Position numbers and translations under genes: made by a program. Shown in pieces: positions 50,303 to 58,994 of a DNA stretch of 64,000 bases (the stretch's first letter is position 1; each line of letters opens with the position of its first letter). This DNA is from Bacteriovoracaceae bacterium. GTDB taxonomy: Bacteria; Bdellovibrionota; Bacteriovoracia; Bacteriovoracales; Bacteriovoracaceae. The notes below the pieces were generated by a model. That model was not told the origin of the DNA, searched no databases, and saw nothing but the letters and a program-made list of their open reading frames with translations. The stretch spans positions 512,001 through 576,000 of the forward strand of contig JBLWTJ010000002.1 of assembly GCA_048270185.1 (NCBI GenBank), given 5' to 3'.

Positions 50303-50439
50303 GGTCAATAATAAGAAAAACTTTCATTTTTTCACCTGCGCATAGCAGTAAATTCTTTCCACAACCCTAAGTTTGTGAGATATTGCGAAAAATTAAGAAC
50401 TTAACTTATATTTAGAGGAGTTATTCCGATAAAACTCGT

Positions 50440-52185
50440 ATGAAGCTAAAGTTTAATCAAAAACTTTTAGGAAGATTTCTGCAAGATGAAACAGCAGAAG
50501 AGAGAACATTTTTTGTCCTTACGCTGATTACAGGCGTCGCTTCAGCTTTCGTGGCCGTAGGCCTTCAAAAGGGAGTCCACTGGCTCCAACATATCTTTAA
50601 AACAGACACAACTTTTACTTGGGAATCTGTCCTCTATGGAGGAATCGCTCTCTTTATTTCAGGTTGGCTGACAACTCGTAAATTTCCATTTTCAGAAGGT
50701 TCAGGAATTCCAAAAGTCAGGGCCGCCTTGGTTGTCGATCACGGTAAGATTAATCTTCGCGACACTATTGCAAAAGCTATAACTACTCTACTGGCCCTTG
50801 GCTCCGGTGTTTCGCTTGGACGAGAAGGTCCAACTGTAACCATTGCCTCAGGGATTGCTTCATGGCTTGGTTACTCATTTCATATTTCTAAAAAAAGAAT
50901 TAAGGCCCTCGTTGCAGTTGGTGCTGCAGGTGGTATTGCGGCTGCTTTCGCGACGCCAATTTCTGCCGTTGTCTTTACACTAGAAGAGGTCGTTGGTGAC
51001 CTCAACGCAAAAGTTCTAGGTTCGATTGTTATCTCATCAGTTGTTGCGGCCATAACAGGCCAGATGCTTACAGGCCAACACCACATGTTTGAGCAACTAT
51101 TTTATAAGATGCACGACAATCGCGAGCTTTTCTTCTACCTGCTAATTGGTGTCTCTTGTGCCGTTATTGGTCCACTATGGATGAAGTCAGTTCTCGCCTT
51201 TAGAGAATTCAATCGTACATATATGAAAAGTCACAAGCTAACTTATATGATGATCGTCTTCTTAATTATTGCACTGATGACACAAATTCATTCAAGTGTC
51301 ATTGGAAGTGGTCACGGAACAATCGAAGATACTTTACTATCACTTATTCTCGATCCCAAAATTTTAGGGCTTATGTTCTGCCTTAAATTTCTTGCAACAT
51401 CTCTTTGTTACTCAGCAGGAATTTCAGGGGGTCTCTTTATGCCAACTCTTCTGATGGGTGCTACTCTTGGAAGTTTAATTGGATCACTTGCAAGTATCTT
51501 CTTTCCAGAAATCACGACAAATACCGGAGCCTATGCTTTAGTTGGTATGGGTGCATTCTTTGTGACAGTTATTCGCGCTCCATTTACATCCATTTTAATC
51601 GTATTCGAATTAACGAGAGATTATAATATTATTCTACCACTGATGATCGCAAATATTATTGCCTATATGCTTTCATCAAAATTCACTGATGAATCAATCT
51701 ATGAACAAATTTCAGCGCAAGATGGTATTCACCTGCCAACACGAGAAGATCTAGAAGTACTTGATCAACTTCATGTTGAGGATGCCATGGTAAAAGATAT
51801 TGTTACTTATGGAGCGACATTAACAGTTAGTGAAACTCTAAAAGATATCGAAAAATTCAATCCAGGAATTCAGGGCTTTCCTGTTTTAAAGAACGGGCGT
51901 CTTCTTGGAATGATGTCTACATCAGAGCTTAAACTTCAATTGGCCAAGGGAAATGGCGATACAAGAATCGAGCATTGTTGTGAAAAGAAAATTATCAAGA
52001 TCTATCCAGATCAAAGTTTATATATTGCCCTTCATCGTTTAAAAAGATTTCAAATCTCACGTCTACCAGTCGTTTCAAGACTTGATGAAAAACGCATCAT
52101 TGGTATTCTCACTCCAAAAGATATTGTTCAACAATTTGGTTATCAAATATCTGAAACAAAAGAAGCTGAGAAATTCGAAGCTTAA
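50440..52185 (+). CDS. ClC H+/Cl- antiporter with CBS domains
   Basis: GSGIP, GREGPT, FTLEE, GGLFMP and SIYE; C-terminal CBS pair. Confidence 0.93.
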   Translation: MKLKFNQKLLGRFLQDETAEERTFFVLTLITGVASAFVAVGLQKGVHWLQHIFKTDTTFTWESVLYGGIALFISGWLTTRKFPFSEGSGIPKVRAALVVDHGKINLRDTIAKAITTLLALGSGVSLGREGPTVTIASGIASWLGYSFHISKKRIKALVAVGAAGGIAAAFATPISAVVFTLEEVVGDLNAKVLGSIVISSVVAAITGQMLTGQHHMFEQLFYKMHDNRELFFYLLIGVSCAVIGPLWMKSVLAFREFNRTYMKSHKLTYMMIVFLIIALMTQIHSSVIGSGHGTIEDTLLSLILDPKILGLMFCLKFLATSLCYSAGISGGLFMPTLLMGATLGSLIGSLASIFFPEITTNTGAYALVGMGAFFVTVIRAPFTSILIVFELTRDYNIILPLMIANIIAYMLSSKFTDESIYEQISAQDGIHLPTREDLEVLDQLHVEDAMVKDIVTYGATLTVSETLKDIEKFNPGIQGFPVLKNGRLLGMMSTSELKLQLAKGNGDTRIEHCCEKKIIKIYPDQSLYIALHRLKRFQISRLPVVSRLDEKRIIGILTPKDIVQQFGYQISETKEAEKFEA

Positions 52186-52325
52186 TCTTTTCTTAAAGCT
52201 AATTAAAGAGATGGTGAATTAACCATTCTTAACCTTGACCCCTATCGACTTTCATTTTTTAGGTTGCTACAAATTTCTTCATCAATATTTTTTGTCTAAC
52301 AACCTAACTTAAAAAGGAGAGGGTA

Positions 52326-53546
52326 ATGAAGTTTTTTATTGCAACAACCATGTTCCTCGCAGCTTTTACTTCACAAGCCGCAAGAGTACAATTTGACTTT
52401 GATGTTTATTCATCAGGTGCATCAATTTATCCATGTAACGCTGGTATTAAGCACAAAAAACATCAAGGTGTTTTTTGCTATAATCCAAACACAGGTGACT
52501 CATGTAATCCAAATGGTGGATCACAAAATGGACCGAGTAATGGACCAGGTAATCCAGGTGGTGGGTTTGGATTCCCAGGCGGTGGAGCAACTGGTGGTCA
52601 ATTCCCAGGAAATGGTGGTTTCCCAGGGCAAGGTAACGGGCCAGGTTTCCTAGCTGATATTGGTCTACAAGAAACACCTCCTCCATCAAACAACTGTGAT
52701 CCACAAACAGGTGAAGGTTGTGACTGTGTTTGTGCGGGTGATCTAGATGGACGTTACGAGAACACTCTTGATACAGCAAGAGGAGAATTCACAAAATGGC
52801 GTGATCATGGTGATGATCAATCAAACTTCAGCATTACAATTGAAAAAAATGCTGGATCACAAGACTTTCACAAGCTAATTGATAGTGATGATCAATTTGG
52901 AAAGAGACTTAAGTCACTTTCATTCAACCTTGGTTCAGAACTTTATGGTTCAAAGTACTTTGTTGATATTTGCTATAGAGCGACTCAAATCGACTATGGA
53001 CAAGATGCTGACTACAACCTAGTTGAGGCTTCAAATACTGATAACTTAAAATTCGTACTTCCAGAAGAAATTGCTGATGAAGACGGAATTGTTATGCTTC
53101 CAGAGTCAATCAATCATCCAATATATAAGTTTGAAAGAAAAATTACTGTAACTGACCTAGCGGGAAGTAACACAAGTAATGACTGGGACCTTGATGAAGA
53201 CGATATTATCTGGTCAGAGGAAAGTTATCAATCAGCTTCAAGACTTTCAGTTAGATCTAAAATTTACTGTAAAGACAAGAACGATAACTACGTAAGCATC
53301 TACGGAGGTTCAGGTAACCCAACAGCTTCAATCGATCTTTCGGCAACATCAGTTCTTGAGTTCTACGACCGTTATGCTCACGCAGACCTAAAAGGTTGTA
53401 TCGTTCGCTACGAGTTCGAAGAAAAAGCAAGATATGCAAATGAAGTTACTGACAAGTTCAGAAGATGGAAAATGCAAGCAGCTAATGTATGTACAGACAC
53501 TGCGATCACAAATGTTCAAGGACATGATCACGATTATGACTTTTAG
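52326..53546 (+). CDS. Secreted cysteine-rich protein with Gly/Pro/Asn-rich insert
   Basis: Signal peptide (..TSQA-A), AGGAG SD, many Cys, repeated GGFPG-type units. Confidence 0.85.
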   Translation: MKFFIATTMFLAAFTSQAARVQFDFDVYSSGASIYPCNAGIKHKKHQGVFCYNPNTGDSCNPNGGSQNGPSNGPGNPGGGFGFPGGGATGGQFPGNGGFPGQGNGPGFLADIGLQETPPPSNNCDPQTGEGCDCVCAGDLDGRYENTLDTARGEFTKWRDHGDDQSNFSITIEKNAGSQDFHKLIDSDDQFGKRLKSLSFNLGSELYGSKYFVDICYRATQIDYGQDADYNLVEASNTDNLKFVLPEEIADEDGIVMLPESINHPIYKFERKITVTDLAGSNTSNDWDLDEDDIIWSEESYQSASRLSVRSKIYCKDKNDNYVSIYGGSGNPTASIDLSATSVLEFYDRYAHADLKGCIVRYEFEEKARYANEVTDKFRRWKMQAANVCTDTAITNVQGHDHDYDF

Positions 53547-53563
53547 AATTTAATTTAAATCAT

Positions 53564-53588
53564 AGGGGGAGTCACTACTCCCCCTTTT
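53564..53588 (+). terminator. Intra-operon terminator or stabilising hairpin
   Basis: AGGGGGAGT-CACT-ACTCCCCCT-TTT. Confidence 0.75.
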
Positions 53589-53623
53589 ACTAAGTTTAGA
53601 AATGAGTAGAGGATGGGGAATAT

Positions 53624-55252
53624 ATGAAAGGATTAATATTATTTCTATTATCATTAAATACATTAGCGTGCCTAAGTGTCACGGCACCTAAAAATCTCAA
53701 CATATCAATTTCTCCACTTAGTAAGAGTTTATTTGTCTATGATGAAAATGGTGTTGCGAAAGAAAGTATGCCTGAAATTAATGCAGTAGACTGTCTAGCA
53801 ACAGCAAAGAATAAGCACTATACAATGTTTACAGTAGGAATTGAGAACTACATTCTAACTGACCAGTTCTTAACTTATAGTATCAACGATCGAATTACAT
53901 ATGGCTCTAAGGACTTTTGTCGAATTGAGAATTTAGACGACACTCAGGGAACACTTAAAGATGATAGAGAGCAACGCTTATTAAAGCGTCGTAGAGTTAT
54001 GAATCGCTGTCTGACATTTGAAGTCAAAGATCGTTCAAAAACAGGGATCGAATTTCCTGAATCTCAACCCGGTTGTCGAGTCGAGAGAATTGATGAGAAC
54101 ACTGCCCGATTTGAAGGTTACTTCTGTTTCTTTAAACCTAAAATGGACTCCGCTCTATCTCTAACACCAGTTATTTCACCAAAATGTTTAACAAATGAAT
54201 TCTACAAGGAAAACCAATTTGAACTTCAAGATATTCTGGCATCAATTGGAGTTTATATATCGGGAGATGCGACAGGAAGATCGTCTGTTCTTCAATATAT
54301 TAATGATGTCAAATTAAGGCTAAACCAGTCACCCGAGAATATCATTCCTGTCAATAAAACGGTTAATCCAAATGCACCAAAGTTTCCTACGAACTGGAGG
54401 GTTAAGGATATTAACCTTGGTAAAATTCAAATACAACAGTCAAAAGATACAAATTTATTCTTAGGAGTCCCACTTTTTGTAAGAAATTCGTGCGAAAAAA
54501 GCTGTAACGATGGACTATGCTCAAGTTCATGTAACTATACTCAACCTGTGACAGCAGAGTTTGTTCTAAGTGAGATCGAAGAGAAGAGAAATAAAAGACA
54601 CTATATAACTTCATGGTTTGATGGTGGCGTTTCACCAGCTAATTGGACAGGATTAATAACAGGAATTGGTACAAATATTACTTCTAGCTATATACAAGAA
54701 GGAAAAACGTATGAGCTCGAAGCATTACTAGATGATCAAGAATATAATTTCATGATGTTTAAGGGGCGAATAAAGAGTCGTCTTACCCTTAGGCCAATAA
54801 CAATCCCTAGAATAAGAAGGGAGGGGAAGTCACTTAGCGCCCTTAATCCTTTTGCAAAAATTGAAACATTAAAGACACTTCCGACATTCCCTGTATTTGA
54901 TACGATTCGCTTTACAGGAAATAGTCACGTAGGTGTTAAGAACACTGTTAATTCTATCAGCAGAGTTTTTGAAGATCCTATTTGGCCACCTTATTTCAAT
55001 AATTATTGTGCGGACAACACTTGTGTCTTAATGAAAGAGCACAAACTTAGACTAAAATTAAAATTTAAAGTTGTTAAAAACAAAGATACTGAGAAGCTTG
55101 AAGCAGCAGATATCAGCTATGAGAAAATCAGTAATATTGAAGATAATAAAGTGGTTAACAAGTACGAAGCTCCATATTTTACTTGTACACCACCAGGACA
55201 AGACCCAACAGATGACAACGATGACGATGATTTCGGGGACATTGATTTTTAA
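53624..55252 (+). CDS. Secreted cysteine-rich hypothetical protein (542 aa)
   Basis: Short signal peptide, CEKSCNDGLCSSSC cluster, acidic tail. Confidence 0.82.
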   Translation: MKGLILFLLSLNTLACLSVTAPKNLNISISPLSKSLFVYDENGVAKESMPEINAVDCLATAKNKHYTMFTVGIENYILTDQFLTYSINDRITYGSKDFCRIENLDDTQGTLKDDREQRLLKRRRVMNRCLTFEVKDRSKTGIEFPESQPGCRVERIDENTARFEGYFCFFKPKMDSALSLTPVISPKCLTNEFYKENQFELQDILASIGVYISGDATGRSSVLQYINDVKLRLNQSPENIIPVNKTVNPNAPKFPTNWRVKDINLGKIQIQQSKDTNLFLGVPLFVRNSCEKSCNDGLCSSSCNYTQPVTAEFVLSEIEEKRNKRHYITSWFDGGVSPANWTGLITGIGTNITSSYIQEGKTYELEALLDDQEYNFMMFKGRIKSRLTLRPITIPRIRREGKSLSALNPFAKIETLKTLPTFPVFDTIRFTGNSHVGVKNTVNSISRVFEDPIWPPYFNNYCADNTCVLMKEHKLRLKLKFKVVKNKDTEKLEAADISYEKISNIEDNKVVNKYEAPYFTCTPPGQDPTDDNDDDDFGDIDF

Positions 55253-55296
55253 TATATTAATGAGTGCAACAAACAAAACTATAAGAGGAGAAAGAA

Positions 55297-55830
55297 ATGA
55301 AAAGATTACTAATGTTATTACTACTAGTCATATCAACATCAATCATGGCACAAGACAGTGGAGATATTGATGATATGTTTGGCGGAGGAGACGATCACTT
55401 TGAATTTGAGAAATTCTCTAATGAAGAAATATTACTAAAGATCGAGGAAGACATTAAAGTTTCATGTCGAAAAGGTCTATGTACTCTCTTTGCAACAGAG
55501 AATAAGTTTGGTGGCTTTGAAGTCGGCTTCAATATAGGAGAAGGCATGAATCAACAAGCTGGAAGTGGTGTCAATATCTATACAGGAGGATACGGTGGAC
55601 AAATCAATGGTGAGTACTGGGGAGTCAATGTTAGATACTACAACGGTAAGTGTACTCAAAGGATCAAAGTACCTAAGTCTGTTTACATTGCAATTAATCG
55701 TTACATGTATGGCCTGCTTGATACTGATGGGAATACACGTCGTGGCTTCACTCCAGCAGATGAAGCGATGATTCTCTTTTATACAACAATCATCGGAAAA
55801 TCAGGAAGTTGTGCAAATAGTGGAAAGTAA
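55297..55830 (+). CDS. Secreted hypothetical protein (177 aa)
   Basis: Signal peptide (..SIMA-Q), GAGGAG SD, 4 Cys. Confidence 0.82.
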   Translation: MKRLLMLLLLVISTSIMAQDSGDIDDMFGGGDDHFEFEKFSNEEILLKIEEDIKVSCRKGLCTLFATENKFGGFEVGFNIGEGMNQQAGSGVNIYTGGYGGQINGEYWGVNVRYYNGKCTQRIKVPKSVYIAINRYMYGLLDTDGNTRRGFTPADEAMILFYTTIIGKSGSCANSGK

Positions 55831-55890
55831 GCTCTAAAATTAAACTTTTCTTTAATTGTTAAGAAATATTCAAAATTATAAAACCTCTCT

Positions 55891-58527
55891 ATGAGAGGTT
55901 TTTCTTTTTTCCTATTTATCCTAATACAATCACTTAGCTTTGCCGGTACAAAGTGGCATGAGTGGAAATATCCTGAAATTGCTAATCTCGAAGTAAAACT
56001 CAATACGATCGAATTAAGTAATCGCTCGGCCTGTGCCATTGACTCAAAAAAACCAACTCGATCAATGTTTATTTTCTTAAACAATACAATCGCGGCAAAA
56101 GCAGCATACAGACTTGCGCTAAGGACTGGTCAAGACAAGACACTTGTAACAAAAGAGTTAATTCGCGACTTTAGAAATAAAACCACAAGAGTTTTACAAG
56201 AGGTACATGAACGTCTACTGACTGGAAGCTTGCCCCTGCTTCCCTATCTTGATAGCAAGGCCAATATCCCACCCAAGTACAGTAAAATGATTAAAGATTG
56301 TCATGGTAAAATGAGTTGCCCAAAACTCGATAAATACCTTGATGATTTGTGGCATAGTGACCATAAGTTAAGAAACAGACTCTACGACTCGTTCGAAGAT
56401 GATAATTACTTTAAACGAAAATATCTCACTAATAATAAGACCTTCGAATGTGTTAAAGTTAAGAAATTTAGTGCACTTCAGGCCAATCTCTTTGGACAAA
56501 AGCCAAGTATTCAAGACCTTAACCGCATGGCCAAAGACCTAGAGACTATCGAAGAAAATATTGAAGATTGTCGTATTGATGATATTGATAATATCACTAA
56601 CCTCCAAGTATCAGGTTACCAATTCGATATTCAAGGAATCAAAGAAAGATATTGGGATAAGAAAGTAGGTTTCGATTATTGGAATTCGATGAAGATCTAC
56701 TTTGCATGGGCCATGAAAAACTTAACAGTTGAGAGTGGCAAGTATGAACAAATTATTAAGAATACGAATACACAAGATTATATTCTCTTCGCCCCTAATG
56801 GCTGTAAGAGTGATATCATTCCAGAGTGTAATAATAAGAGACTTGCAGAAAATTCTTTTAGGGAGTTTTCTAAGAGAAACTTTGAAAAAGATGGCCTAAA
56901 TCTTGATATCCTATCCCCCATTTCAGAAGGGGCCCAAGAAGATATTCTGAAGAATCCATTTGCTGAAATTAACAAAGATATTCTCGATATTTCTTCACAC
57001 GATAATGCAGATGAGTGGATTGAACATATCTTTAAAAATCAAATTGGAACAAAGAATTATCTTAAAAATAAAATTGTCGATGCCCTTACTTTCTATAGTC
57101 TATTGGAGAATCGTTTAAGGCCTGAAGAAATTAAAGATCAACTAGACTTCTACTATCGTAACCTTGAAAAAGATGTTTTTAAGAATGATCTCTATTACTT
57201 ATGTGCAGAAGCTTCTGTTATCTCTGATGAAGTATTTAGCTTCACAAAGAAGCATATTGAAGGGCTAAAAGGTACTACATTCATCGACAACCTCGACCTA
57301 ATATTTCAAAACAAGCCTTATGATTCAATAATTGATTATTATATTAGATTAATGAATGAAACTCGAAAGTATTGCAATGATCTTAAACAAAAAGATATTT
57401 TTGACGATACATTCGAATTTGAGCCCAAGGGATTTCATCAGTGGTATATCGACAAAACACGTGGTGATCAAACCTTTGAAACAGATCCTGAAAAACACTA
57501 TGATAATGAAATTCTATCTCAAGACTTTATCACTTTTAATGGTAGTGATGAAGTCATATGTCGTTCAATTAGCCACTGTCTTCGAAAGAGTATTCTCAAT
57601 ATTATTGAAACAGCAAGAGTGACTTATTACGGTGATCTCTTTTGGAAGTCAAAATATTCTCAGGGCTCTGCCGATATATTTAACCCATACGCTGACCGCA
57701 CGGCCTGTAAGGTCTATGACCCTTATTATAAGACAAAAGCCGTCATGACTCAGTTTGTATCTAATATTGGGCAAGCAATGATGAGCTTCTTTACTCCCGG
57801 CATTGTCTACACAAAAATTAGTTTAAGTCCTGGGTATGTTACTTCATTTGAAAAGATGATTGAAAATGGAGAAATTCAATACAATACCAAGTATGAAAAG
57901 AATAAAGTTAATGTGGAGTTAATTACAGAATTTGGTCCTCTCATTGGTATTCCATGTGCTATTTCAATAACAGGTAGTAATAGAAGTCCTACAAATCTTT
58001 ATCATTTTAGGGGTATCTCAGTTGGAGCTTGTGTTGATCGAACCGGTGGAGATGTTATTGCCAATAGTGGCTCCGATGTCTCAACCAATGAGCCAGATGG
58101 AGCGGCTGCATGTGCTGCCTGTAGGATAAATTTTGAAGGTGTTTCAAATACTCTCACCTATTTCAATTCAAAGCTTGGGCCCTTATTCTATGTCGTAAGA
58201 ACTCTATATAGCCTTTATAAAGGACTAACTGATTTTGATAATATTCCACGACGCTGGGATCTGGATCTCAATAAGCTTAAAACAACATATCGCCGCTTTG
58301 GTGAAATTCCAAAGAGGTGCCGCTCAACTCTCTTACGAGGAGAAAATTGTCTTAGAGATGCACAAGAGAAAGTAGCTGTTGAGTTAATTCAAAAGAATCC
58401 TTTAACAATACTCGCTTCTAAGAAATATGTAAGTGGCTATATGTTTAAAGTAGCTGAATGTAAGAATGAAATAAGAGTGAGTATTGATGAACAATATGCA
58501 AGGATTGTATCAAAATGCGAAAAATAA
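55891..58527 (+). CDS. Large secreted cysteine-rich hypothetical protein (878 aa)
   Basis: Signal peptide (..SFA-G) and dispersed Cys pairs. Confidence 0.82.
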   Translation: MRGFSFFLFILIQSLSFAGTKWHEWKYPEIANLEVKLNTIELSNRSACAIDSKKPTRSMFIFLNNTIAAKAAYRLALRTGQDKTLVTKELIRDFRNKTTRVLQEVHERLLTGSLPLLPYLDSKANIPPKYSKMIKDCHGKMSCPKLDKYLDDLWHSDHKLRNRLYDSFEDDNYFKRKYLTNNKTFECVKVKKFSALQANLFGQKPSIQDLNRMAKDLETIEENIEDCRIDDIDNITNLQVSGYQFDIQGIKERYWDKKVGFDYWNSMKIYFAWAMKNLTVESGKYEQIIKNTNTQDYILFAPNGCKSDIIPECNNKRLAENSFREFSKRNFEKDGLNLDILSPISEGAQEDILKNPFAEINKDILDISSHDNADEWIEHIFKNQIGTKNYLKNKIVDALTFYSLLENRLRPEEIKDQLDFYYRNLEKDVFKNDLYYLCAEASVISDEVFSFTKKHIEGLKGTTFIDNLDLIFQNKPYDSIIDYYIRLMNETRKYCNDLKQKDIFDDTFEFEPKGFHQWYIDKTRGDQTFETDPEKHYDNEILSQDFITFNGSDEVICRSISHCLRKSILNIIETARVTYYGDLFWKSKYSQGSADIFNPYADRTACKVYDPYYKTKAVMTQFVSNIGQAMMSFFTPGIVYTKISLSPGYVTSFEKMIENGEIQYNTKYEKNKVNVELITEFGPLIGIPCAISITGSNRSPTNLYHFRGISVGACVDRTGGDVIANSGSDVSTNEPDGAAACAACRINFEGVSNTLTYFNSKLGPLFYVVRTLYSLYKGLTDFDNIPRRWDLDLNKLKTTYRRFGEIPKRCRSTLLRGENCLRDAQEKVAVELIQKNPLTILASKKYVSGYMFKVAECKNEIRVSIDEQYARIVSKCEK

Positions 58528-58994
58528 TATTTTCATTACTACTTTGTCTACCTTCCTTTGCCATCCAGCTAGATATTCAATGGACAGAAAGCTTCACAAA
58601 AGAGATTCATTTAAACTGTGGTTTCATTGGCTGTCTCGATGGTTATAGTAATGATATTATTGAAGAAGAAGTATGTGACGAGTGCTTTTCTGACTCAATT
58701 AATGCCACCTTTATTTTCAAGTACATTACGACTTATCTTCATGTAGGAGAAAGAATCTCTGAAGAGGAATTTCTCAATTACCTCTATCAACGTGAATACA
58801 TTTCGATCAATTATCAAACACCTTACGATATCGTCTCGAGCCGTTCAACGGCAATCAAGAGAATACTCTACAAAGAACTATGTCCAAATGATGATGATCC
58901 AATAATATTCTTTAGAAGAAGTTATGACGATATATACTCCTTCCCCGAAGTGATTTATTGCGGGGAAGAAGTTTATGAAGCGGTATTATTTTAA
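58515..58994 (+). CDS. Secreted hypothetical protein (159 aa)
   Basis: Signal peptide (..PSFA-I), CGFIGC and CDEC; overlaps the upstream stop. Confidence 0.75.
   Translation: MRKIIFSLLLCLPSFAIQLDIQWTESFTKEIHLNCGFIGCLDGYSNDIIEEEVCDECFSDSINATFIFKYITTYLHVGERISEEEFLNYLYQREYISINYQTPYDIVSSRSTAIKRILYKELCPNDDDPIIFFRRSYDDIYSFPEVIYCGEEVYEAVLF

Noticed and set aside
50406..50432. sigma28 promoter before the ClC gene (TCCGATAA)
   Set aside because: Poor -35 at the 15-nt spacing and only 7 nt from the ATG
53624..53680. Lipoprotein call for the 542-aa protein (TLAC)
   Set aside because: Poor lipobox match; signal peptidase I cleavage after TLA is equally plausible, so left unresolved
52326..58994. Prophage or mobile island
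   Set aside because: No integrase, transposase, att-like repeats or phage structural motifs; all products carry signal peptides
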